Source of the DNA: an uncultured Nitrososphaerota archaeon
Lineage (GTDB): Archaea > Thermoproteota > Nitrososphaeria > Nitrososphaerales > Gagatemarchaeaceae
Assembly (NCBI GenBank): GCA_963703285.1
Contig: OY969807.1
Span: 1,568,001 to 1,632,000, forward strand
DNA length: 64,000 nucleotides
Direction: 5' to 3'
Shown: piece by piece, positions 51,820-61,752 of the stretch
How positions within the stretch are numbered: the first letter of the stretch is position 1
Layout: each line of letters begins with the position of its first letter
Position numbers and translations under genes: made by a program
Notes under the pieces: generated by a model
What the model was told of the DNA's origin: nothing
The model's input: only the letters and a program-made list of their open reading frames with translations
Database searches by the model: none

Positions 51820-52630
51820 TCACTCGAACTTCCTTGAGAGCGAGTCGTAGTCGGCTTGCGAGATTCTCACGTCGACAGAGTCGCGCGTTCTCTTCGACGT
51901 GGGACACCCTCCCCGCCTTGGGTATCGTGACCACCGGTTCCCTGTACGTCACCCAGTTCAGCATAAGCTGTGCAGGTGTCATCTCGTATTTCGCGAGCAT
52001 GTCCTTGGGGATCCTTCCGATGGGCATGTTACCCGTGTCGAGGGGGCTATATGCGATCAAGGTAATCCTCTCCTTGTCGCAGAACGGAAGCAGGTCGGCC
52101 TCGATGGAGCGCGATGTGATGCTGTACCTCACCTGGTTCGAGACAAGCTCGCTTCTGGGAAGCGCCTCCTGCGCCTGAGTCGTCTGCTCGACCGAGAAGT
52201 TGCTCACGCCGACGTATCTGGTCTTCCCGGTCTCGACCAGCTCCTCCATCGCCCGCATCGTCTCCCCTATGGGGATGCGGGGGTTGGGCCAGTGCAGCTG
52301 GTACAGATCGACGAACTTTACCCCCAGCCTCTGTATGCTCGTCTCGCAAGACCTTATGACGTCGTCGTAGGCGAAGTTCTCGGGAGCGACCTTGGTGGCG
52401 AGGAAGACCTCGTCTCTGTATTCTCTTATCGCGTCTCCCACGAGGCTCTCGGACCTTCCATGACCATAGACCTCCGCCGTGTCGATGAACGTCAGCCCGA
52501 GCTCAATCCCCTTCTGGATAGCCTTGATCTCCTCCCGGCGCTGCTCTCCGCTCGAGTTTCCGATGGCCCAGGTGCCCATCCCGACGACGGGAATCTTCTC
52601 CCCTGACCTTCCAAGCTGCCTGAATTCCAA
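51809..52630 (-). CDS. Aldo/keto reductase (probable frameshift near the C-terminus)
   Basis: IDTAEVYG, LYQLHWP, GVSNFS, AYSPL, IPK. Confidence 0.9.
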   Translation of the reverse strand: MEFRQLGRSGEKIPVVGMGTWAIGNSSGEQRREEIKAIQKGIELGLTFIDTAEVYGHGRSESLVGDAIREYRDEVFLATKVAPENFAYDDVIRSCETSIQRLGVKFVDLYQLHWPNPRIPIGETMRAMEELVETGKTRYVGVSNFSVEQTTQAQEALPRSELVSNQVRYSITSRSIEADLLPFCDKERITLIAYSPLDTGNMPIGRIPKDMLAKYEMTPAQLMLNWVTYREPVVTIPKAGRVSHVEENARLCRRENLASRLRLALKEVRVITQ

Positions 52631-52738
52631 CCTGTGACGGGAGTAAGCACTCTTGTTTTAGTCTATCTGATATGCGACGATTGCTATGGACGCGCCGGCA
52701 AAGGTTAAAAGAATTGGGAATAGTTGAAGGCGGGAAGA

Positions 52739-53536
52739 ATGCCAATCCTGGAAAGCCCCACAGAGGAGGCGAAGAGGATTATCGAAGTCGCGCAGCAGAA
52801 AAAGATAATCCTGAGGCTTTTCGGCGGCGTCTCCTTCTATTTTCGCTGCCCCTCGGCGAAGCACAGGGCCCTCCAGAGGAACTACGTAGACATCGACTTC
52901 ATGGGGCGCGCCAAACAATCCAAGGAGATTAAGCAGCTCTTCGATGAGCTCGGGTATGTGCCCAGAGACAGGTTCAACGCGATGCAGGGCTATAGGAGGC
53001 TGATCTTCAATGACATCGAGCACCAGAGGCGCGTCGACATATTCTTGGACGTCTTCGAGATGTGTCACAAGTTCAACTTCAAGGACAGGCTCGACATCGA
53101 CCAGCAGACCATCCCCCTCGCCGACATGATGGCGACCAAGCTCCAAATCGTCGAGATAAACCAGAAGGACCTGAAGGATATCGTTAGCATGTTCCTGGAC
53201 CATGACGTAGGGAGCGAGGATGCGCCCGACGTGATCAATGGGGCATACCTTGCAAAGCTCTGTTCCGACGACTGGGGAATCTACAAGACCTTCGTGACGA
53301 ACCTCGACCGCATCCTCGGCATGCTGAACGACTTCGGGCTGGAGGACGGCGAGAAGAAAATCGTCGGAGACCGGGTAGCCAGGCTGAAGAAGATGATCGA
53401 GGACGCTCCCAAGAGCTTCAGGTGGAAGATGAGGGCGAGGGTCGGCGAGAAGGTGCAGTGGTACGAGCTTCCCGAAGCCGACAAGGAGGTGGTCGACTCC
53501 CGCGTGGGGACGGGAACCGAGCCGCCCGCCACGTGA
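52739..53536 (+). CDS. Conserved nucleotidyltransferase-like protein
   Basis: LFGGVSF...YVDIDF motif. Confidence 0.7.
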   Translation: MPILESPTEEAKRIIEVAQQKKIILRLFGGVSFYFRCPSAKHRALQRNYVDIDFMGRAKQSKEIKQLFDELGYVPRDRFNAMQGYRRLIFNDIEHQRRVDIFLDVFEMCHKFNFKDRLDIDQQTIPLADMMATKLQIVEINQKDLKDIVSMFLDHDVGSEDAPDVINGAYLAKLCSDDWGIYKTFVTNLDRILGMLNDFGLEDGEKKIVGDRVARLKKMIEDAPKSFRWKMRARVGEKVQWYELPEADKEVVDSRVGTGTEPPAT

Positions 53537-53568
53537 AGTTTAAAACCGCCTCGAAGGATGTCTCGACA

Positions 53569-54522
53569 TTGGCAAAGACGAGGCTCTTCTTTGTTACGGA
53601 CGTCCATGGTTCGGATAGGTGCTTCCGCAAATTCATCAACGCCGGGAAGTTCTACAACGCCGGCGTCCTGGTGCTCGGCGGCGACATAACGGGGAAGATG
53701 ATCGTCCCCATCGTCAAGCAGCCGGATGGGACCAGCAAGGCCGAGTTCGGTGGGACGGAGTACGACCTCAAATCGCAGGATCAGGTGAACGAGACGGTTA
53801 AGACCATTCGGGACTCCGGGTTCTATCCGTACTTGACCGAGCCCAAGGAGGTGGATGAGCTTACGGCGAAGCCTGAGCTCGTAAAGGACTTGTTCAAGAA
53901 GCTCATGAAGGAGAGCATTGACGGCTGGATGAAGCTGGCGGAGGAGAGGTTGAAGGGGACCGGGATCAAGTGTTACGTCTCGCCCGGCAACGACGACTTC
54001 TTCGAGATCGACCAGGCGCTCGACGCCGCGACGTACGTGATCAATCCAGAGGAGAAGACGTTGTACATAGACGACGAGCACGAGATGATAACTTTGGGAT
54101 ACGCCAACCACACCCCCTGGAACAGCCCCAGGGAAGTGGACGAGGACGTGCTTCAGCAGAAGATCGACAGGATGGTAGCTCAGGTCAAGAACATGAAGAC
54201 GACCTTGTTCAACCTGCACGTCCCCCCGATCAACACCGTAATCGACCAGGCACCAAAGCTCGACGAGAACCTGAAGCCGGTCATCTCTGGAGGAAACATG
54301 GTCATGACATCAGCCGGGAGCACCGCCGTGAGGGCAAGCATCGAGAAGTACCAGCCTCTCGCTGGGATACATGGCCACATCCACGAATCGAGGGGGATGG
54401 TGAAGATCGGACAGACGATGTGCTTCAACCCTGGCAGCGAGTACAACTCTGGCATCCTCAAGGGGTTGCTCTGCGACGTCGACAAGGACAAGGTCAAGTC
54501 ATACATGCTGACGTCTGGGTGA
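53569..54522 (+). CDS. Calcineurin-like metallophosphoesterase
   Basis: DVHG, GGDITG, PGNDD, HGHIHES. Confidence 0.9.
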   Translation: MAKTRLFFVTDVHGSDRCFRKFINAGKFYNAGVLVLGGDITGKMIVPIVKQPDGTSKAEFGGTEYDLKSQDQVNETVKTIRDSGFYPYLTEPKEVDELTAKPELVKDLFKKLMKESIDGWMKLAEERLKGTGIKCYVSPGNDDFFEIDQALDAATYVINPEEKTLYIDDEHEMITLGYANHTPWNSPREVDEDVLQQKIDRMVAQVKNMKTTLFNLHVPPINTVIDQAPKLDENLKPVISGGNMVMTSAGSTAVRASIEKYQPLAGIHGHIHESRGMVKIGQTMCFNPGSEYNSGILKGLLCDVDKDKVKSYMLTSG

Positions 54523-54600
54523 AGACGAGCTACGAAGGCTTTAGACGCGTGGCTTGGCCTATGGTTGGACAGTCGCCAATCTAACTGAAAGAGAGTGAAG

Positions 54601-54720
54601 AGCCACGGGAGGGATTCCCCACCGCTATGCAACCTTCTCGTTACGTTGCATCTCGTGATTTTTGGGCCCTCGACCACCTGCTTACAAGGCAGGTGCTCTA
54701 CCAGGCTGAGCTACCGTGGC
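54601..54720 (-). tRNA. tRNA-Thr(TGT) with a T-loop intron
   Basis: GCCACGG acceptor stem, CTTGTAA anticodon loop, ~46-nt insert in the T-loop. Confidence 0.85.
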
Positions 54721-55139
54721 GCGCTCTCATACTGCTCAAAATTGTCCTTATCTTCTTTGTCCCTCGAACGGGCCATCAGGTCTAACGCCAACATCTTGAT
54801 GAAGGTACCGAACTCCTCGTCGTGCATCTCCACCTGATCGACGAACTGAGCGTCCTTTGCCATCTCGTAGGCTAACAGGTGGTAGCATGTGAGGTCCCTT
54901 CCTCCGAGGACCCTGAAGAAGAAGTGCCTGCAGGAGCAGAAGGGTTTGTCCGGGTCGATGAACTCGTCGCCGCTCCGGCCGACCACGGTCAGCAAGACCC
55001 TGCCGCTGGGGAGGAAGAGTTGCTTCTTGACGCATCCGTCGCTGACGGCCTCCGCGGCCCTCCTCAGGTGGGTCTGGTGATTGGAGAGGTGGACGAAGCG
55101 GGAGGCGAGCTCGTCCGCGCTTGGTCTTGACGTCGCCAT
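54711..55139 (-). CDS. SWIM zinc-finger protein
   Basis: FCSC...CYH. Confidence 0.8.
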   Translation of the reverse strand: MATSRPSADELASRFVHLSNHQTHLRRAAEAVSDGCVKKQLFLPSGRVLLTVVGRSGDEFIDPDKPFCSCRHFFFRVLGGRDLTCYHLLAYEMAKDAQFVDQVEMHDEEFGTFIKMLALDLMARSRDKEDKDNFEQYESAPR

Positions 55140-55144
55140 CTCCC

Positions 55145-56233
55145 TCAGCCCAAGAACTCGGCGAGGGAGCTCTGTTCCCTCGATTCTTCGAAGTCCCCGA
55201 CCCTGACACCCACTCGCCTCAGCTCGCCCGTCTCCCCGACGAGAGAGGCCAGTAGTTCAGACGCCGCCAGGTTCAAAGTCGAAGATTCGCTGGTTGGCGT
55301 CTCCAAGGTCTTCGTGCGGGTCCTGATGGACAGGTCCCTCAATATGCCGATGACCGAGACGGACCTGAAGAACAGTCCGTTCTCGACCACCCTCCTGTGA
55401 ACGTCTCCGAGCGCGGGTGCGAGTTGTGAGAGAATCTCTCCCGTGTCGCGCGAGTCCCTCTTGAGCGTGATTATCCTGCTAATCTGTGTCGCAGGGCCTC
55501 TCTCACGCACGGGTTCCTCATCCTCACCGTTGCTGGCGTTGTGAAGGTAGACTCCCAGCTTGTTCCCGAAGACGTCGCCCAGCTCGGACGCTTGCTTTCT
55601 TGCGAGGTCTCCAATCGTCACCACCCCGATCTCCCGCAGCGATTTTGCCGTCTTGGCGCCTATCCCATAGAGCTTGTTGACGGGCATCGGCTCCATGAAG
55701 CTCCTCAGCTCGCCGGGTGTGACTACGGTAAGTCCGTCGGGTTTCTTGAAGTCGGAGGCGAGCTTGGCGACGACTTTGTTGGGTGCGACCCCCACAGAAC
55801 AGGTCAGCTTCTCGCGCTGCAGCATCTGGAGTTTTATTCCGGAAGCTATCTCGGCGCCTGCCTCGAAACTGCCGCCGGACCTCCTCGTGATGTCGAAGAA
55901 AGCCTCGTCTATACCTGTCTGCTCCATCACGTCCACGTTCTCTCGCAGAATCTCCATCACCCTCACAGAGTAGGATTCGTACTTCTCACGATTCATAGGT
56001 ATAAACGCAGCTTCGATCCCTGCTAGGTGCTTCTTGGCGAGCGCGATGGGGATTCCCGAATGGATTCCCAGCTCTCTCGCCTTGTAGTTGGCGGTGCTTA
56101 CGACCCCGCTGTCATCCGTGCGGCCGGAGTAGACACAGACCAGCACCGGCATGTTCCTCAGAGAACCGTTCTCGAGCTCCTCGACCTGCGCGTAGAAGTA
56201 ATCCATGTCGAGATGGCCCACCAATCGGGACAA
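55145..56233 (-). CDS. dinB: Y-family DNA polymerase IV (Dpo4/DinB)
   Basis: DMDYFYAQVE, ANYKAR, IDEAF, KPDG. Confidence 0.95.
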   Translation of the reverse strand: MSRLVGHLDMDYFYAQVEELENGSLRNMPVLVCVYSGRTDDSGVVSTANYKARELGIHSGIPIALAKKHLAGIEAAFIPMNREKYESYSVRVMEILRENVDVMEQTGIDEAFFDITRRSGGSFEAGAEIASGIKLQMLQREKLTCSVGVAPNKVVAKLASDFKKPDGLTVVTPGELRSFMEPMPVNKLYGIGAKTAKSLREIGVVTIGDLARKQASELGDVFGNKLGVYLHNASNGEDEEPVRERGPATQISRIITLKRDSRDTGEILSQLAPALGDVHRRVVENGLFFRSVSVIGILRDLSIRTRTKTLETPTSESSTLNLAASELLASLVGETGELRRVGVRVGDFEESREQSSLAEFLG

Positions 56234-56279
56234 ACCTCGGCAAGTGCCTCCGCGTTCGATTTAAGGGTGTTATGTTTGA

Positions 56280-56403
56280 TGGGGTCGGCCGGATTTGAAC
56301 CGGCGCTCTCAAGCGGTCCCGAGACAGACTGCGGACAATCTGTCTCTTCCCGAGGCATCTTCCGATTCCGTTTGAAGCCTGGACCAGACTAGCCGACGAC
56401 CCC
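56280..56403 (-). tRNA. tRNA-Pro(CGG) with two introns
   Basis: GGGGTCG acceptor stem, CTCGGG anticodon loop, inserts in the anticodon stem and at 37/38. Confidence 0.82.
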
Positions 56404-56510
56404 AGCAGGCAGACCTCTGCCGAAGCTTGTATCTCAATCTTTGGTTGGTCAGACCGCTCTCACTCGTGACTACGTAGGCGTTATAAGCAAGGGGCTTTAC
56501 GGTCGGGCCC

Positions 56511-56813
56511 ATGCCGGAAGGTACGAAGATGGTAATCGTCGGCCAATCCAAACCACTCCTCAACTACGTCACGGCGTGCATAACCATGTTCAACGGAGGC
56601 GCTGAGCATGTGGTACTCCGCTCCAGGGGCGAGGCCATAAACATGGCAGTGGACGTCACACAGCTTCTCAGGAAGAGATTCTTCAGCCAGGTGCAGATCT
56701 CCAAGATCCAAATCGACGGCGAGAACGTCGTCGCGAGGGATGGCAGACAGCTCAATCTTCCGGTCCTAGAAATCGAGTTGTCGATGCCAAAGGCACGAAC
56801 GACGACCGCCTGA
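56511..56813 (+). CDS. alba: Alba-family DNA/RNA-binding protein
   Basis: KPLLNYV...RGEAINMAVDV. Confidence 0.9.
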   Translation: MPEGTKMVIVGQSKPLLNYVTACITMFNGGAEHVVLRSRGEAINMAVDVTQLLRKRFFSQVQISKIQIDGENVVARDGRQLNLPVLEIELSMPKARTTTA

Positions 56814-56887
56814 CCCCTCCTCTTGGCCGAATGAGCGGTTACGCGTAGGGCGACCGTCCTTGCCATCAAGAGAGCCCTCTCGCGAGA

Positions 56888-58087
56888 TTGACGCCTCAAT
56901 GGGAGATGACACTAACGTACGACTTTGATTCGCTTCTCGACGAGATTCTGAGGAGCAGGCCCGAGCTAACGCGGGATCAGATACTCGAGAAAATCCAGGA
57001 GAAGAAGCGGGACGTTGGGGCCGGATTCCTGACCGACCAAGGTGCGCTCTTCTTGATAGCGGGGGAGCTTGGTGTCCAGCTGAGGCAGATGACCTCGACG
57101 GATTTGACACTGAAGGACATCTACGTGGGGGCTAACGACATCACGATTGTCGCCAGGGTCTTGGCCGTCTATCCCGTGAGCGAATACACCAAGAAGGACG
57201 GCGGCGTTGGGAGGTACAGGAGGCTCGGCCTCTTTGACAGGAACAATGTGGGGAGGCTCACAATCTGGGACGACAACCAGGACGCCATCAAACTCGAAGG
57301 GATAACCGTAGACACGCCGGTAAGGATATCCAACGCCTATGTGAGGGCCGGACTGGACGGAAAACCGAACCTGAATCTGGGTAAGAGGGGCAAGATTGAG
57401 GTCCTCGATGATGAGAGCTTGGTATCGCGGCTGGTGCCTCTCTCGAAACTGGTAAAGAGGGTTGACGAGGTTGAGGATGATGATCAGAGCGTTGCTGCGG
57501 TCGGTGGTACTGTCTACTCTGCGAGCAGATTCTCCAGCTTCACCAGGAGCGATGGTTCGGGTGGATCACTGACGCAGTTTGAACTCACCGGTGAAGAGGG
57601 GAAGGGAAGAATCAGGGTGGTGGTGTGGAATCCCGTCTCAATTGAGGCCAAGGCCGGTCAGAGCGTCATGGTTACCAACCTGAGGGTGCGGAAGAGCACG
57701 AACGGCGAGCGAGAACTTCACGGGGACAGCGGGAGCATTGTACGGGCCCTCGGTTCAGAACCCGAATCTAGCCGAACGCTCGTCAAGGTGAACCGGGTGA
57801 AGGACCTGGCCGGACGCGTCAACCTAGAGGTGATGGCGCTCTCGAAGGCGAGTACGCACGATGCGTCTATGAGTGACGGCTCGAGCGTGAAGAAGGCGGA
57901 GATGATTATTGGGGACGATACGGGCGAGATAACTCTCGTCGGCTGGAGGGATTCGGCCGATAGGCTGGTCGAAATCGAGGTGGGTCAGAAGATTAGAGTT
58001 CTGGGTGTTACTAGGCAGGTCTCGAAGATGGGTATGGTCATCCTAGAGTTGGAAGATGCGTCTCTGATTGAGAAGGTTCTAGGCTAG
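56888..58087 (+). CDS. rpa: Replication protein A (multi-OB-fold ssDNA-binding protein)
   Basis: GALFLIAGELGV N-terminus; three OB folds (GDDTGEI...W). Confidence 0.85.
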   Translation: MTPQWEMTLTYDFDSLLDEILRSRPELTRDQILEKIQEKKRDVGAGFLTDQGALFLIAGELGVQLRQMTSTDLTLKDIYVGANDITIVARVLAVYPVSEYTKKDGGVGRYRRLGLFDRNNVGRLTIWDDNQDAIKLEGITVDTPVRISNAYVRAGLDGKPNLNLGKRGKIEVLDDESLVSRLVPLSKLVKRVDEVEDDDQSVAAVGGTVYSASRFSSFTRSDGSGGSLTQFELTGEEGKGRIRVVVWNPVSIEAKAGQSVMVTNLRVRKSTNGERELHGDSGSIVRALGSEPESSRTLVKVNRVKDLAGRVNLEVMALSKASTHDASMSDGSSVKKAEMIIGDDTGEITLVGWRDSADRLVEIEVGQKIRVLGVTRQVSKMGMVILELEDASLIEKVLG

Positions 58088-58224
58088 CTCTGGTTCTGAC
58101 TCTTCGGCCTTCTCAAGACTTCGTACTCGTAAACGAAGATTACAATCAGCGCAACGACGAAGAGTGCGATCATGATACCGTCGATGAAGTTGTAGTAACT
58201 GGTAGCGTCGAGAGTCGGTATCAT
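58084..58224 (-). CDS. Small single-TM protein (46 aa)
   Basis: Hand translation MIPTLDATSYYNFIDGIMIALFVVALIVIFVYEYEVLRRPKSQNQS. Confidence 0.45.
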   Translation of the reverse strand: MIPTLDATSYYNFIDGIMIALFVVALIVIFVYEYEVLRRPKSQNQS

Positions 58225-58357
58225 CGCTGATTTTGCGGTCGAGATTAGTATGGTATAAGTTTTCTGAATGCAAGGGAGGTTGTGGCTGAACGCAACTGCG
58301 TCGACTGCCGAGATTCCTTTTGCAGTAATTGCACGGAATCAGGATTGAGAAAGTGAG

Positions 58358-58489
58358 TGCCGGGGGCGGGATTCTCGCGTTCCGCATTTCGAGCCCGCGA
58401 CCTCCGGATTTCGCATCCGAGCTTGGGATTATGAGTTTCGCCCACCTGAGGCGTGCCCGGCGCAATGAGCCAAGCTATGCTACCCCGGC
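58358..58489 (-). tRNA. tRNA-Met(CAT), elongator type, with three introns
   Basis: GCCGGGG acceptor stem, CTCATAA loop after removing inserts in the anticodon stem, at 37/38 and in the T-loop. Confidence 0.82.
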
Positions 58490-58658
58490 ACGCACGCAAA
58501 CAAAATGAGAGGTGATTTAAGTTGCACTGCGCTTGCGTGCGCTTAGGCCCCGAGGGAGGGCAGGGCGGCCACCGCCGATGCGATGTGTGGTCGCGGTTCT
58601 CGCATGACAAGACTACCAAACACTAAAGAATCTCATTTTGCGGTGCCATGGCACCTAC

Positions 58659-58745
58659 GCCTCGGTAGCTCAGCCTGGTAGAGCACTGCCTTGGTAAGGA
58701 AATCCAGAGAGGCAGGGGTCCCGGGATCAAATCCCGGCCGAGGCT
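58659..58745 (+). tRNA. tRNA-Thr(GGT) with a canonical 37/38 intron
   Basis: GCCTCGG acceptor stem, CTTGGTA[13 nt]A. Confidence 0.9.
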
Positions 58746-58811
58746 CCTAATCATCCCAGCTGCTTTCTCTCCCGAACGCTTTTAGTGAACGGGCGCTCCA
58801 CCTGTGTCGGA

Positions 58812-59198
58812 ATGAACAAGAAGGAACTCGCGTTTCTCAAGAAGCGGGAGCTCTGCAGGATGGCGACTGTATCGAGCGACGGCATGCCGCACGTAATCCC
58901 CGTGATGTATGCCATGGATGGGGAGAAGGTCATCGTCGCCATTGATTACCACACAAAGAAGCTCAAGAACCTGAAGGAGAATCCCAAGGTCTCGCTCGTA
59001 GTTGATGATTACGAACCAAACAGGGCGGTCTTCATCCAGGGGACGTCTACAATCCTTGAAAGGGGTCCAGAGTATCTCCGCCTCCTCAACCTCCTCTTCA
59101 AGAGGTTCGAAGTATACCGGAAGAACCCGTGGGGTGAAGGGGAATCACCAATTCTCACGATAACGCCCCTCAAGGTCGTCAGCTGGGGGTTGCGTTAG
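58812..59198 (+). CDS. Pyridoxamine 5'-phosphate oxidase-like FMN/F420-binding protein
   Basis: MATVSSDGMPHVIPV, KLKNLKENPKVSLVVD. Confidence 0.88.
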   Translation: MNKKELAFLKKRELCRMATVSSDGMPHVIPVMYAMDGEKVIVAIDYHTKKLKNLKENPKVSLVVDDYEPNRAVFIQGTSTILERGPEYLRLLNLLFKRFEVYRKNPWGEGESPILTITPLKVVSWGLR

Positions 59199-59268
59199 CC
59201 GACCGAGTTTGGGCCGAAACAAAGAATCGGATTGCTTTAAAACGGGTTTCTCGGGCAAAGGCTCGTCT

Positions 59269-59353
59269 GCGGGGGTCGCCCAGCCTGGTCAACGGCGCGA
59301 GGCTCAGGACCTCGTCCCTTAGGGGTTCGTGGGTTCGAATCCCACCCCCCGCA
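59269..59353 (+). tRNA. tRNA-Leu(CAG); probable integration site
   Basis: GCGGGGG acceptor stem, CTCAGGA loop, long variable arm. Confidence 0.95.
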
Positions 59354-59362
59354 CCTTATGCC

Positions 59363-60601
59363 ATGAGTCAGAATCTCCGACCGTTAAATGCAGGTCTCCT
59401 CCAATACGGCATGAAGGACGCAATCAGGGAAGTTTACGATTACGAGGGGCACCTCTCAAACGCGGAGAAGCGCCTGGACGAGTCGGAATCAGTTTGCAAC
59501 GAAGACAAGGAGACGATCAGGAGATTTGTCCAGCATCTCAGGGCGCAGGGCGTATCGACAGGAAGGCTCGCCAAGTATACCTACCATCTGAAGAACGCAA
59601 TCGAGCGCCTCGGAACGAGCGTCAAGCTAGCCAAGCGGCCAGACATCGAGCGACTAGTCTCATGGTTGCAACACGACTCGGGCTATACTCCGCACACGGT
59701 CTCAGATTACCTCTTCGCGATAAAGAGGTTCTTCAAGTTCGCCAGATACGGGAACGTGGACAGAGAGACGCCCTATCCAGAGGAAGTAAGGTGGATTAGG
59801 ACGGCGATGAAGGCGAACGAGAGAAAGGAACCTCTTTTCTTCACTAGCGAGGAAATCGAGACCATGATCAAGGCGGCGATCAGTCTAAGGGACAAGGCGA
59901 TGCTGGCTGTCGGATATGAGGCAGGGCTTCGCGCCACAGAACTGCTCACCCTGAACGTCGGAAGCTTGGTCTTTGACGACAGGGGCGCTAGGCTGCACAT
60001 CGAGAGGGGGAAGACGGGAAGCAGGGTAGTCAGACTGATAACATCGGTGAGTCTGCTCGCTCGATACCTAGAGGTTCACCCTCTCAGGAAAGAGCCATCT
60101 TCTCCTCTTTGGCTTACGGAGAGCACCAACTACATGAACCATCGGTTGAGCTGGATCAGGTGGAATCGCTGCTTGAAGCAGGTAGCGCAGCGCGCTGGAG
60201 TGAAGAAGAGGGTCTTCAACCATATGCTGAGGCATGGTTCTGCTACGAGAAACGCCAAGTTCCTCACAGACTCGGAACTCAAGCTGATGTATGGGTGGTC
60301 GATGAGCAGCAAGATGCCCGCTGTATACGTTCATCTCTCTGGTAGAGACTTAGACGACAAACTTACCGCGATCTATACTGGCGAGAGAATAGAACCTATC
60401 AAGCCAGACTTTGCACCAGTGATCTGTCCTCGCTGCAACGAGAAGGCTTCGAGAGGTATGGTGTTCTGTCCGAAGTGTGCCACCCCTCTCGACCCAAGGG
60501 AAAGGAGCAAGATGACTGTGGAGGATGAGGGCGCGAAGAACGAGTTGAGGGAACTCAGGAAGCTCGTCGAGAAGTATCTAGCTGGCCCTCAAGCCTCTTG
60601 A
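59363..60601 (+). CDS. Tyrosine recombinase/integrase with a C-terminal Zn ribbon
   Basis: GLRATE, GKTG, HMLRH, YGW, Y(VHL); CPRC...CPKC. Confidence 0.93.
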   Translation: MSQNLRPLNAGLLQYGMKDAIREVYDYEGHLSNAEKRLDESESVCNEDKETIRRFVQHLRAQGVSTGRLAKYTYHLKNAIERLGTSVKLAKRPDIERLVSWLQHDSGYTPHTVSDYLFAIKRFFKFARYGNVDRETPYPEEVRWIRTAMKANERKEPLFFTSEEIETMIKAAISLRDKAMLAVGYEAGLRATELLTLNVGSLVFDDRGARLHIERGKTGSRVVRLITSVSLLARYLEVHPLRKEPSSPLWLTESTNYMNHRLSWIRWNRCLKQVAQRAGVKKRVFNHMLRHGSATRNAKFLTDSELKLMYGWSMSSKMPAVYVHLSGRDLDDKLTAIYTGERIEPIKPDFAPVICPRCNEKASRGMVFCPKCATPLDPRERSKMTVEDEGAKNELRELRKLVEKYLAGPQAS

Positions 60602-60713
60602 TTATGGCAAGAATCTGCTCCATGTCTTCCCTTCTTACGAGCACGAACTCATCTTTTGAGACGGTCTTCGATTGACTCATGCCAGACTTGGCGATGGCAG
60701 CTTAAAACACAGG

Positions 60714-61634
60714 CTATGAGTTGCCTACCCCTAGAGCCTGCGCTACCTTCTTCCTGAGGCCGTCCACCTCGCTGCTCGACTGCTCCAGCGCGCGTCTTAT
60801 CTTCTCGCGTTCTTCCTTAGCCCGCTCCTCCGACTCCCGCCATGCGCCCCAGTCGATCTCTTCCTCAACTGCGTCCCTGACCCACTGTGCTAGCGCGTTC
60901 GGTGGAACGGCGTCGAGCTCCCAGCACTCGTCCCCATACTTTGCGGTGTACTCTCGGGCTCTCGAATCTGCTTTCTTGGTCGGGTTCGGCGGGAGCGCCA
61001 ATTCTCTTACCTGCTCGATTCCGAGGGCTATCCTTTTTACGACTAGTCCCCCGTTGTTGGTGCCAGAGTATCCGTCGAGCCTCGAACTCAAATCTCTCGA
61101 CATGTCGAGCCCGCTCGGGTCGTGGTCTCCGAAGTGCAGGATGACTATGTTCTTGCGCCGCGGGAACCTTTCCAGTGCCTCCATGACCTTGGTATAGCTG
61201 CTGTATCCCCGTGAAGGGAAAACCACGATTCGGTATTGCTTTACCGCCCTCTCGAAGAGGGTGCTGAGGGCGTCCTTCTCGACCCAGACCTCGACGTGGC
61301 TGGGCTGGCTTTCCCAGTATGACTTGTCGTAGTATCGCTCGTTAAGCTCCCGAAAGAGCCAGTCTACATATCCCTCTGGAGAGTCGAAAACGTTCTTCTC
61401 TCCTCCCAGTATGCTCCTCGCCCTGTCTTCGATTCTCCTCCAGTCCACCTCCTTCCTTTCCCTCGCCTTCGTGAGAATCTTGTCGAACGTCTTGTAGTTG
61501 GTCGCGGTGTTCGGAAAGAGTTGATAGGGCGGTGAGATGAGACGGTAGTAGACCTGCCTTACCGTCAGGCGGTAGGCGTATTCTCCGAGGATGTGTTTTG
61601 TCGCCTCGACGACTTCTGCGTATCTCATACCCAT
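60714..61634 (-). CDS. TOPRIM-domain protein (Topo VI-A/Spo11/DUF2399-like)
   Basis: TVRQVYY, EVWVEKDAL, SRGY, GDHDPSG, WELDA. Confidence 0.8.
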   Translation of the reverse strand: MGMRYAEVVEATKHILGEYAYRLTVRQVYYRLISPPYQLFPNTATNYKTFDKILTKARERKEVDWRRIEDRARSILGGEKNVFDSPEGYVDWLFRELNERYYDKSYWESQPSHVEVWVEKDALSTLFERAVKQYRIVVFPSRGYSSYTKVMEALERFPRRKNIVILHFGDHDPSGLDMSRDLSSRLDGYSGTNNGGLVVKRIALGIEQVRELALPPNPTKKADSRAREYTAKYGDECWELDAVPPNALAQWVRDAVEEEIDWGAWRESEERAKEEREKIRRALEQSSSEVDGLRKKVAQALGVGNS

Positions 61635-61752
61635 ACAGGATGAATGAGTATTTAACGGGAGCCGAGTCATGCAGGTCAAGTCCCCCAATCGTCACTGCTT
61701 TTTGCTCACCACTCTGCTCCTTGCGTTATAAGCAACGGCCTGCTCGGAGGGC

